A stretch of DNA of 64,000 nt from Candidatus Binataceae bacterium (GTDB lineage: Bacteria; Desulfobacterota; Binatia; Binatales; Binataceae). Below, piece after piece: positions 47,058-54,949 of this stretch. Every line of letters begins with the position of its first letter. The stretch's first letter is position 1. Below the pieces are notes generated by a model. It searched no databases and was not told where the DNA came from. It saw only the letters and a list, made by a program, of their open reading frames with translations. The position numbers were made by a program, and so were the translations under genes. The stretch is from positions 45,700 to 109,699 of the forward strand of contig DATKSQ010000093.1 in assembly GCA_035531615.1 (NCBI GenBank), given 5' to 3'.

Positions 47058-48365
47058 ATGAATATTGCAGTCATCGGAACCGGATATGTGGGGCTGGTCA
47101 GCGGCACCTGCTACGCCGAGAGCGGCAACGAAGTGATCTGCGTCGATATCGACGCCGAGCGAATCGCCGCGCTCGGCGAGGGCAAGCTTCCGATCTATGA
47201 GCCGGGACTCGAAGAGCTGGTGCGCCGCAACGCCAAGGAGGGCCGCCTGCAGTTCACGCTCGACACCGCCGCCGCGGTCGAGCAATCGATGGTTTCGTTT
47301 ATCGCGGTCGGCACGCCGATGGGCAAATCCGGCGGCGCCGATTTAAGCGGCGTATTCATGGCCGCCGAGCAGGTCGCAAAATCCGCCACCGGGTATCATG
47401 TGATCGTTGTCAAGAGCACCGTCCCGGTCGGCACCAGCGACAAGCTGCGCGAGATCGTCGCGCGTCACTCGAAGGTCCCGATCGACGTTTGCTCGGTGCC
47501 CGAGTTTCTCAAGGAAGGCTCCGCCGTCGAAGACTTCATGCGCCCCGACCGGGTGATAATCGGCAGCCAAAGCGAGCGCGCGACCGCGATTCTGCGCGAG
47601 ATACACGCGCCGTTCGTGCGCACCGACAATCCGATCCTGGTGATGGACCCGAAATCGGCCGAGCTGTCGAAGTATGCCGCCAACGCGATGCTGGCGCTAA
47701 GAATTTCGTTCATCAATCAGATCGCGAATCTGTGCAACGCGGTCGGCGCCGACATCACCGCGGTGCGCCGCGGACTCGGTTCCGACCGCCGGATCGGTTC
47801 GCAGTTCCTGTTTCCGGGCGTCGGCTACGGCGGCTCCTGCTTCCCGAAAGACGTGCAGGCGCTGATTCACACCGCGGGCGAGTACGACCTGAACTTCTCG
47901 CTGCTCAAGGCGGCCGAGGAAGTCAACGCCGAGCAGAAGCGCGTGCTGCCGATGCGCGTCAAGCTGCACTTCGGCGCCGACCTGACCGGCAGGACATTCG
48001 CGATCTGGGGCCTTGCGTTCAAGCCGCGCACCGATGACATGCGCGAGGCGCCTTCGATCGTCGTGATCGATGAGCTGATCGCGGCCGGCGCGAAAGTGCA
48101 GGTTCACGATCCCGAGGCGCTCGACAACGCACGCAAGGTGCTGGGGGATCGCGTGAGCTATCACAAGACCAATTATGCGGCGCTGCACGGGGCCGACGCG
48201 CTGCTGATTTGCACCGAATGGAACGAGTTTCGCCATCCCAATTTTCAGCGCATCAAGGCCGAGCTCAAGCATCCCGTGATATTCGACGGCCGTAACCTGT
48301 ATGATCCAGATCTTATGAAGGCGCTGGATTTCAAATACTACTCGATCGGACGTCCTCCGGTCTGA
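47058..48365 (+). CDS. ugd: UDP-glucose 6-dehydrogenase
   Basis: IAVIGTGYVGLVSG Rossmann motif and the catalytic GYGGSCFPKD. 435 aa. Confidence 0.9.
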   Translation: MNIAVIGTGYVGLVSGTCYAESGNEVICVDIDAERIAALGEGKLPIYEPGLEELVRRNAKEGRLQFTLDTAAAVEQSMVSFIAVGTPMGKSGGADLSGVFMAAEQVAKSATGYHVIVVKSTVPVGTSDKLREIVARHSKVPIDVCSVPEFLKEGSAVEDFMRPDRVIIGSQSERATAILREIHAPFVRTDNPILVMDPKSAELSKYAANAMLALRISFINQIANLCNAVGADITAVRRGLGSDRRIGSQFLFPGVGYGGSCFPKDVQALIHTAGEYDLNFSLLKAAEEVNAEQKRVLPMRVKLHFGADLTGRTFAIWGLAFKPRTDDMREAPSIVVIDELIAAGAKVQVHDPEALDNARKVLGDRVSYHKTNYAALHGADALLICTEWNEFRHPNFQRIKAELKHPVIFDGRNLYDPDLMKALDFKYYSIGRPPV

Positions 48366-48381
48366 GCGCGGGAACCCTGTC

Positions 48382-49314
48382 ATGCGAATTCTCGTAACCG
48401 GCGGCGCGGGATTTATCGGCTCGCATACCGTTGACGCGCTGATCAAGGCGGGCGCGGGCGAGATTGCGGTGCTCGACGACCTGTCGGCCGGCAAGCGGCA
48501 TCAGGTGAATAGCGCCGCGCGGTTTCATCAGGTCGATCTTCGCGACGCCGCCGCGGTGCGGCAGACGGTCGCGGATGAGCGCCCCGAGGTCATCTATCAT
48601 ATGGCGGCGCAGATGGACGTGCGCCGTTCGGTCGCCGATCCGGCCTTCGACGCGCAGGTCAATCTGGTCGGCTTCCTGAACCTGATCGAGGCCGCGCGCG
48701 GGCACGGACTTAGGCGCGTGGTCTTCTGTTCGACCGGCGGCGCGATCTACGGCGAGCAGGATACTTTCCCCGCCGACGAAGAGCATCCGTGCCGTCCGGT
48801 GAGTCCGTACGGCGTCGCCAAGCTTTCGACCGAGGCTTACCTCTTCTACTACCGGGTGCAGTATGGAATCGATTATCTGGCGCTGCGCTACGGCAACGTG
48901 TACGGGCCGCGCCAGGACCCGCACGGAGAGGCTGGAGTGGTCGCGATTTTCAGCGGACGGATTCTCGACGGACAGCCATGCACGATTTACGGCGACGGCG
49001 CGCAGACCCGCGACTATGTGTTTGTGGGCGATGTGGTGCGCGCCAACCTCGCGGCGCTCGATGCTAAAGCTTCAGGTCTCGCGATCAATATCGGCACCGG
49101 AATCGAGACCAACGTGAGCGAGCTTTACTCGACCTTGGCCGCGATCGCCGACTTTCCGACCGCGGCGGTTCACGGTCCGGCGCGTCCCGGCGAGCAGAAC
49201 CGCTCGGTGATTTCGCCCGCGCGCGCGCTGCGCGAACTCGGATGGCGTCCCGCCACGGCGCTGCGCGACGGACTGGCGGAGACCTTTCAATACTTCAAGG
49301 CGCACAGAAAGTAA
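48382..49314 (+). CDS. NAD-dependent nucleotide-sugar epimerase/dehydratase (GalE-like; substrate unknown)
   Basis: [13 protein letters not shown] and SPYGVAK (YxxxK). 310 aa. Confidence 0.8.
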   Translation: MRILVTGGAGFIGSHTVDALIKAGAGEIAVLDDLSAGKRHQVNSAARFHQVDLRDAAAVRQTVADERPEVIYHMAAQMDVRRSVADPAFDAQVNLVGFLNLIEAARGHGLRRVVFCSTGGAIYGEQDTFPADEEHPCRPVSPYGVAKLSTEAYLFYYRVQYGIDYLALRYGNVYGPRQDPHGEAGVVAIFSGRILDGQPCTIYGDGAQTRDYVFVGDVVRANLAALDAKASGLAINIGTGIETNVSELYSTLAAIADFPTAAVHGPARPGEQNRSVISPARALRELGWRPATALRDGLAETFQYFKAHRK

Positions 49315-49324
49315 GCGGGCCTCG

Positions 49325-51127
49325 ATGACGGACCCGAAATCGATTCGCAACTTCTCGATTATCGCGCATATCGATCATGGCAAGTCCACGCTTGCCGACC
49401 GATTGCTCGAGCGCACCGGCGCGCTCACCAAACGCGAGCTCAAGGAGCAGTTCCTTGACTCGATGGACCTCGAGCGCGAGCGCGGCATCACGATCAAGGC
49501 GCGCAGCGTGCGGCTCAATTACACCTCGAGCGCCGGTGCGGCGTACGTGCTCAATCTCATCGACACTCCCGGCCACGTCGATTTCGCCTACGAGGTCTCG
49601 CGCAGCCTTGCCGCTTGCGAGGGCGCTCTGCTGGTCGTCGATGCGAGCCAGGGCGTCGAGGCGCAGACGCTGGCCAACGTCTATCTCGCGCTCGATCACG
49701 GGCTCGACATTATTCCGGTCATCAACAAGATCGATCTGCCGGGCGCCGACGTCGAGGGCACCCGCGCGCAGATCGAGAATGTCATCGGCCTGCCCGCCGA
49801 CGACGCGATTCTGACCAGCGCGAAAGAGGGCGTTGGTATCGACGCCGTGCTCGAGGCGATCGTCGCGCGTATCCCGCCGCCCAAGGCCAATCGCGGCGAA
49901 CCTCTGCGCGCGCTTATATTCGATAGTTGGTACGACAGCTATGAGGGCGTCGTCGGCCTGGTGCGCGTAATGAGCGGCGAACTGCGCCCCGGAATGAAGA
50001 TTCGCCTGATGGCGACCGCGGCGTCCGGCGAAGTGATGCGGCTGGGGCATTTCACCCCTCACGAGCAAACCGCCGACAGCCTCGGACCCGGCGAAGTCGG
50101 TTATGTTGTCGCCGGTATCAAGACCGTCGCCGACATGCGCGTGGGCGACACCGTTACCGACGCCGAGCATCCCGCCGCCGAGCCGCTGCCGGGATTCAAG
50201 GAACTCAAGCCGATGGTGTTCGCGGGCCTCTATCCGATCGAAGCCAACCAGTATCCCGCCCTGCGCGACGCGATCGAGAAGCTGACGCTCAACGACGCGA
50301 GCCTCAACTGCGAGCCCGAGTCTTCGCAGGCGCTCGGGTTCGGCTTTCGCGCCGGATTCCTGGGCCTGCTGCACATGGAGATCGCGCAGGAGCGGCTCGA
50401 ACGCGAGTTCGGGATCAACCTGATCGTCACCGCGCCCACCGTCGCGTATCAGGTGCGGACCACCGCGGGCGCGACCACGATGGTGGATAATCCGGCGCTG
50501 CTGCCGCCCGAGAACACCATCGAGGCGATCGAAGAGCCGTTCATCTTGTCGTCGATTCATATGCCGGAAGAATATCTCGGCGCCGTGATGAAGCTGTGCG
50601 AGGACCGCCGCGGCCTGCAGCGCGACCTCAAGTACCTTGGCGACAAGCGGGTCATCCTGCATTACGAGCTGCCGCTGGCCGAGATCGTGTTTGACTTTTA
50701 CGATCGGCTGAAATCCGTCAGCCGCGGCTACGCGTCGCTCGACTACGACTTTCTGGACTTCCGGTCCGGGCCTCTGGTTAAATTGGATATCCGGATTAAC
50801 GGCGAGATAGTGGACGCGCTCTCGATAATCGTGCATCGCGACAAGGCCTATGAGCGCGGCCGGGCGCTGTGCTCAAAGATGCGCGAGTTGATCCCGCGCC
50901 AGATGTTCGAGGTCGCCATTCAGGCCGCCATCGGAGCCAAGATTATCGCCCGCGAGTCCGTAAGTGCGTTGCGCAAAAATGTCACCGCGAAATGCTACGG
51001 TGGCGATATATCGCGCAAGCGCAAGCTCCTCGAAAAGCAGAAGGAAGGCAAAAAGCGGATGAAACAGGTCGGTCGCGTCGAAATTCCGCAGGAGGCCTTT
51101 CTGGCCCTGCTCAAGGTCGGGGAGTAA
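49325..51127 (+). CDS. lepA: translation elongation factor 4 (LepA)
   Basis: [30 protein letters not shown], and the C-terminal LepA domain. 600 aa. Confidence 0.95.
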   Translation: MTDPKSIRNFSIIAHIDHGKSTLADRLLERTGALTKRELKEQFLDSMDLERERGITIKARSVRLNYTSSAGAAYVLNLIDTPGHVDFAYEVSRSLAACEGALLVVDASQGVEAQTLANVYLALDHGLDIIPVINKIDLPGADVEGTRAQIENVIGLPADDAILTSAKEGVGIDAVLEAIVARIPPPKANRGEPLRALIFDSWYDSYEGVVGLVRVMSGELRPGMKIRLMATAASGEVMRLGHFTPHEQTADSLGPGEVGYVVAGIKTVADMRVGDTVTDAEHPAAEPLPGFKELKPMVFAGLYPIEANQYPALRDAIEKLTLNDASLNCEPESSQALGFGFRAGFLGLLHMEIAQERLEREFGINLIVTAPTVAYQVRTTAGATTMVDNPALLPPENTIEAIEEPFILSSIHMPEEYLGAVMKLCEDRRGLQRDLKYLGDKRVILHYELPLAEIVFDFYDRLKSVSRGYASLDYDFLDFRSGPLVKLDIRINGEIVDALSIIVHRDKAYERGRALCSKMRELIPRQMFEVAIQAAIGAKIIARESVSALRKNVTAKCYGGDISRKRKLLEKQKEGKKRMKQVGRVEIPQEAFLALLKVGE

Positions 51128-51134
51128 CCGCCCG

Positions 51135-51842
51135 GTGAGCGAACCGCTGCGCACCCTCGAGCCCGAGGAACTCGCTCCGAGCGCGGCCCCGGTCGCGCAA
51201 AAATCGGTCCTGCGCGAATACGCCGAGGCGCTGGGAATCGCGATGATCCTCGCGATGTTTATCCGCACCTTTATCGTCCAGGCCTACGAGATTCCGTCCG
51301 CCTCGATGGAGCCGACCCTGTTGATTGGCGACCATATCCTGGTCAACAAGCTGGTCTATGGACTCCGAATGCCGGATTCGATTTTCGGCCTGCGCGTCGG
51401 CGGCTTGCCCTATGGCCATTACCTGTTCCACTTCGAGCCGATTCGCCGCGGCGACATTGTGGTCTTCGTCTATCCGCGCGACCCGAGCGAGGACTACATT
51501 AAGCGCGTGATTGGAATTCCCGGCGACGTCGTCGAGATCAAGGCCGGCAAGGTATGGCTCAACGGCGCGCCGATGCTCGATCCGCACGCGCATTTCGAGG
51601 TGCCAGACAACGATCGCATCGGCGCCTCGCCACGCGACTTCTTCGGCCCCGTGACGGTCCCGCCTGGCAATCTGTTCATGATGGGGGATAATCGCGACGA
51701 TAGCTCCGACAGCCGCTTCTGGGGCTTCGCTCCAGAGGATAATGTGGAAGGGCGCGCGATGGATATTTACTGGTCCTGGGACGGCGGCGGCGGTGGATTC
51801 CCGCCGCTTCGATGGTCGCGTATCGGGATGGCGGTCCGATAA
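51135..51842 (+). CDS. lepB: signal peptidase I (copy 1)
   Basis: SASMEPTLLIGD (catalytic Ser), KRVIGIPGD (Lys box), and GDNRDDSSDSRFWG. Confidence 0.9.
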   Translation: MSEPLRTLEPEELAPSAAPVAQKSVLREYAEALGIAMILAMFIRTFIVQAYEIPSASMEPTLLIGDHILVNKLVYGLRMPDSIFGLRVGGLPYGHYLFHFEPIRRGDIVVFVYPRDPSEDYIKRVIGIPGDVVEIKAGKVWLNGAPMLDPHAHFEVPDNDRIGASPRDFFGPVTVPPGNLFMMGDNRDDSSDSRFWGFAPEDNVEGRAMDIYWSWDGGGGGFPPLRWSRIGMAVR

Positions 51843-51930
51843 GATAACCTGCGCATGAGTCACAACCAACGCAACCAGGCGGCAGGCGCATCCGCGCCGC
51901 ACGCAATCACGATCGCGGAGTAGGGCGGCG

Positions 51931-52668
51931 ATGGGAGAACCGGTGCGTAGCCAGAGGCCGCTCGCGTCGCCGCGCTCGCAAACGCCGCGCGCGCAAAAGT
52001 CGGTCGCGCGCGAGTACGCCGAGGCGTTGGTGATCGCGCTGGTGCTCGCGGTCGTCATTCGAACGTTCTTTGTCCAGGCGTACAAGATTCCGTCGGGTTC
52101 GATGGAGCCGACGCTGCTGATCGGCGACCATATCCTGGTCAACAAGCTCATCTTTGGCCTGCGGATGCCGGATTCGCTCTTCGGCGTCGATATCGGCGGG
52201 CTGCCCTACGGAAAATACCTGTTCCGCCTCGAGCCGATTCATCATGGCGACGTGGTCGTCTTCGTCTTTCCGCCCGATCCGAGCAAGGACTTCATCAAGC
52301 GTGTTATCGGATTGCCGGGCGACACCGTGCAAGTCAAAAATGGCAAGGTATGGCTCAACGGCGCGCCGATGCCCGATCCGCACGCGCACTTCGAGGTGCC
52401 CGATTCCGCGCGCTCTCCGGTCTCGCCGCGCGACAACTTTCCACAGCTCGGCGCGCAAGGCGACACCGGTGGCGCGGTCACCGTCCCGCCCGGAAAAATC
52501 TTTGTGATGGGTGATAATCGCGATCGGAGCTACGACGGCCGCTTCTGGGGCTTTGTTCCGGAAGACAACGTCGAAGGGCGCGCGATGATCATCTATTGGT
52601 CGTGGAACGCCGACGGCGGCGGAATTCTGCCCGTCCGATGGTCTCGATTTGGCATGATCGTACACTAA
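51931..52668 (+). CDS. lepB: signal peptidase I (copy 2, tandem paralog)
   Basis: SGSMEPTLLIGD, KRVIGLPGD, and GDNRDRSYDGRFWG. Colinear with copy 1. Confidence 0.9.
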   Translation: MGEPVRSQRPLASPRSQTPRAQKSVAREYAEALVIALVLAVVIRTFFVQAYKIPSGSMEPTLLIGDHILVNKLIFGLRMPDSLFGVDIGGLPYGKYLFRLEPIHHGDVVVFVFPPDPSKDFIKRVIGLPGDTVQVKNGKVWLNGAPMPDPHAHFEVPDSARSPVSPRDNFPQLGAQGDTGGAVTVPPGKIFVMGDNRDRSYDGRFWGFVPEDNVEGRAMIIYWSWNADGGGILPVRWSRFGMIVH

Positions 52669-52684
52669 TCGAAAGGAGCCGCGT

Positions 52685-53260
52685 GTGGCTGCTGCTGAAG
52701 ATGCCGTGACAAGAATTGGCGCGCTGCTCGAGGAGATGGGCGCGCGCTTTGATCTGGTGATCGAAGCTGTCTCCGGCTACGGCGGGCGTCTCGATGCGCT
52801 GCGCCAGGAGTTGTTCGCCCAGTTCGCCGAAGTCGGTAGCCAGATTCGATTTCTATCGGATCAAATCGGCGAGAACCGCAGCGGTATGGCCACGATTCGC
52901 GCCGACCTGGGAGCCGAAATGATCCGGCTGGGCGAGACCCTGGGACGCACGCGCGTCGAGGTTCGCGAGCAGTTTGGCGCCGCTGAAACCGCGCTCCGGC
53001 GGGAAATCGGCGCCCGTGCGGCCGAGTCACGCGAGCACACGACCGCGGTCGCGGTCCGCGCGGCCGACGATACCGGCGCGAAACTGAACGAAGTCACGGG
53101 CACCGCCGCAAAGAAGATCACCGCCGAGCTCGCCAAGACCAACAAGGCGCTCACCAGCCTCGCGCGAAAATTCGAACGCTTCGATGACCGGATCACCGTC
53201 GCCACTCGCGACCAGGATCAGCGCGTGCGCAAGCTCGAACAACGCCGCAAATCCGGGTAG
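52685..53260 (+). CDS. hypothetical coiled-coil protein
   Basis: 191 aa, GTG start. Ala/Arg/Glu-rich heptad-like sequence with no recognisable motifs. Confidence 0.4.
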   Translation: MAAAEDAVTRIGALLEEMGARFDLVIEAVSGYGGRLDALRQELFAQFAEVGSQIRFLSDQIGENRSGMATIRADLGAEMIRLGETLGRTRVEVREQFGAAETALRREIGARAAESREHTTAVAVRAADDTGAKLNEVTGTAAKKITAELAKTNKALTSLARKFERFDDRITVATRDQDQRVRKLEQRRKSG

Positions 53261-53295
53261 CGGGCGGTTTTCAATTTACTCGGTCAGCGCGCTGC

Positions 53296-53548
53296 TTAAT
53301 CGGCTTTCTCATGGTTTTTCCAACGGACACTGACTGCTTCTTTGGCAATTGCTTTGCGTTTCTGCCCGCTGATCCTAGCGGCCCGTGCCTTTCCGCCCCC
53401 TAAAGCCCTCGAGCGCCAAGAGCGCCTGAGCATGTATGTTCCCGCCCTCTGCCGGTTTCAGAAAATCGCCAATGGCCTGTTCCACCACGCTGACCGCGAT
53501 CTGGGCGAAGCCCGCCCGCTTATCACCTCTACTTGCTCGGGTGAGCAT
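53296..53548 (-). pseudogene. possible frameshifted small ORF (57-aa frame plus overlapping 45-aa frame ending GGGKARAARISGQKRKAIAKEAVSVRWKNHEKAD)
   Basis: ATG at 53548 runs to a TAG at 53375. The +1 frame continues from an ATG at 53433 to a TAA at 53296, with a basic helical tail typical of small DNA-binding proteins. Low-GC context. Confidence 0.2.
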
Positions 53549-53586
53549 CGAATAGTATTACAGCGACATCGAGGAGAAGCCAAACT

Positions 53587-53865
53587 ATGAACGAGATGAA
53601 TCAGAAAAAGCTCTACATCTGGCGACTGGCCGCGTTTCTGGCGTCCAACGACAAGCATATGTCCGGCGAGGAACTAGCCGAACACCTAAATCGCAACAAA
53701 ATCACGACCGGCTATGGTGAAGAATTTAAGGGCGGCGTGGGAACTTACAAGCTGATCTCGCAAACATATCGATGGGTCCACGACGAGCTAGGCTTGGATA
53801 TCGAAGCGGACAAAATTGCCGAGGCATTTGTCACGCCAGACGGCGGCCACGCGTGGGAAAAATAA
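53587..53865 (+). CDS. hypothetical protein (orphan, low-GC)
   Basis: 92 aa with a GGAGAA SD 7 nt upstream. Codon usage is AT-richer than the neighbours. No motif recognised. Confidence 0.45.
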   Translation: MNEMNQKKLYIWRLAAFLASNDKHMSGEELAEHLNRNKITTGYGEEFKGGVGTYKLISQTYRWVHDELGLDIEADKIAEAFVTPDGGHAWEK

Positions 53866-54020
53866 GGGTTCGGCCGGACGCAAGCAAAACCGCCCTCTAG
53901 CCAAATCCGCAGGATGATCGGGGCGCGGCGCGGGGTCTAACACGGGCCCTCGTTGTCTGAAACGTGGGAAGATTAACGGATCCGTGCGGCGATTCTCGCG
54001 CCGGCCGCCGCTCCTTGGCC

Positions 54021-54148
54021 GTCATTCCGAGCCATAGGCGAGGAATCCCGAAGCGTCCATGCTCCGCGCCAACGCCACACGCAGTGGCTCTTCGCCCGGG
54101 ATTTCTCCCGGAGCCCGCCCTGAGCAGCGTCGAAGGGGTCGAAATGAC
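54021..54148. repeat. REP/MITE-like element with gtcattYcga terminal inverted repeats
   Basis: Starts gtcattccgagcc and ends ggtcgaaatgac. Shares its modules with 6940-7123. Confidence 0.6.
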
Positions 54149-54325
54149 GATTGAGGTCTCAGCACCTGACTATCAGGGCCTCTGCACAACCTCCACTGCG
54201 CATGGCCGCAGCGTCATTCTTCGCACTGCTTGTGTCCCGGCGGCGAGGGCGGTAAAACTGGGACACCTTTAATCCGCTACTGAGATAGCGGGAAGGTCAT
54301 CATGATGGTTTTCCTCAGCATTGTG

Positions 54326-54356
54326 CCCGGCTGCATCCGCGGTCGGGATTTTTTTT
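54326..54356 (+). terminator. intrinsic terminator-like hairpin plus T8 in the pyrR leader (candidate attenuator)
   Basis: cccggctgc-atcc-gcggtcggg stem, followed by a tttttttt run (54349-54356), 32 nt before the pyrR ATG. Confidence 0.5.
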
Positions 54357-54387
54357 CGTCCGTGGATTTCCTGCCGGGGCTTTCGCG

Positions 54388-54930
54388 ATGACGCCCAAGC
54401 CCGAGGTCGCTCTGGACGCCGCCGCGGTCGCGCGCGCGGTCAAACGAATCGCGCACGAAATCTCGGAGCGCGGCGCCGGCGCCGGCGCGCTGGTGCTGAT
54501 CGGGATTGTCCGCCGCGGCGCATTTCTGGCCGAGCGAATCGCGACCGAACTCAATAACGCCGCGCAGAGCGCCATTGCGGTCGGCACGCTCGACATCTCA
54601 TCTTATCGCGACGACGGCAAAGGCTCTCCCGGCGATCCACGCCTGCTCGCGCGCAATATCCCTTTTTCGCTCGACAGCAAGCGCGTCGTGCTGGTGGACG
54701 ACGTGCTCTACACGGGACGCACGGTGCGCGCCGCGCTCGACGCGTTGTCCGATCTCGGGCGCGCCGAATCAATCCAGCTCGCGGTGCTGGTCGATCGCGG
54801 CGAGCGCGAGCTGCCGATTCGCGCCGACTATATCGGCAAGAATATCCAGGCGCCCGCCGGGCAGCGGGTCTATGTGCGGATGGCCGAGGTTGACGGAACC
54901 GACGCGGTGATAATCGGCAACGGCAAATGA
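54388..54930 (+). CDS. pyrR: bifunctional pyr operon regulator / uracil phosphoribosyltransferase PyrR
   Basis: 180 aa. VVLVDDVLYTGRTVRAALDAL PRPP loop and LAVLVDRGERELPIRADYIGKNI. Confidence 0.9.
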   Translation: MTPKPEVALDAAAVARAVKRIAHEISERGAGAGALVLIGIVRRGAFLAERIATELNNAAQSAIAVGTLDISSYRDDGKGSPGDPRLLARNIPFSLDSKRVVLVDDVLYTGRTVRAALDALSDLGRAESIQLAVLVDRGERELPIRADYIGKNIQAPAGQRVYVRMAEVDGTDAVIIGNGK

Positions 54931-54949
54931 CGCGCCCGAGCATATCGCG

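Noticed and set aside
53964-54272. 102-aa ORF upstream of pyrR
   Set aside because: It is the translation of the REP/MITE-like element 54021-54148 and its flanks. The same pseudo-peptides (VIPSHRRGIP..., PALSSVEGVEMT) recur wherever the repeat modules occur.
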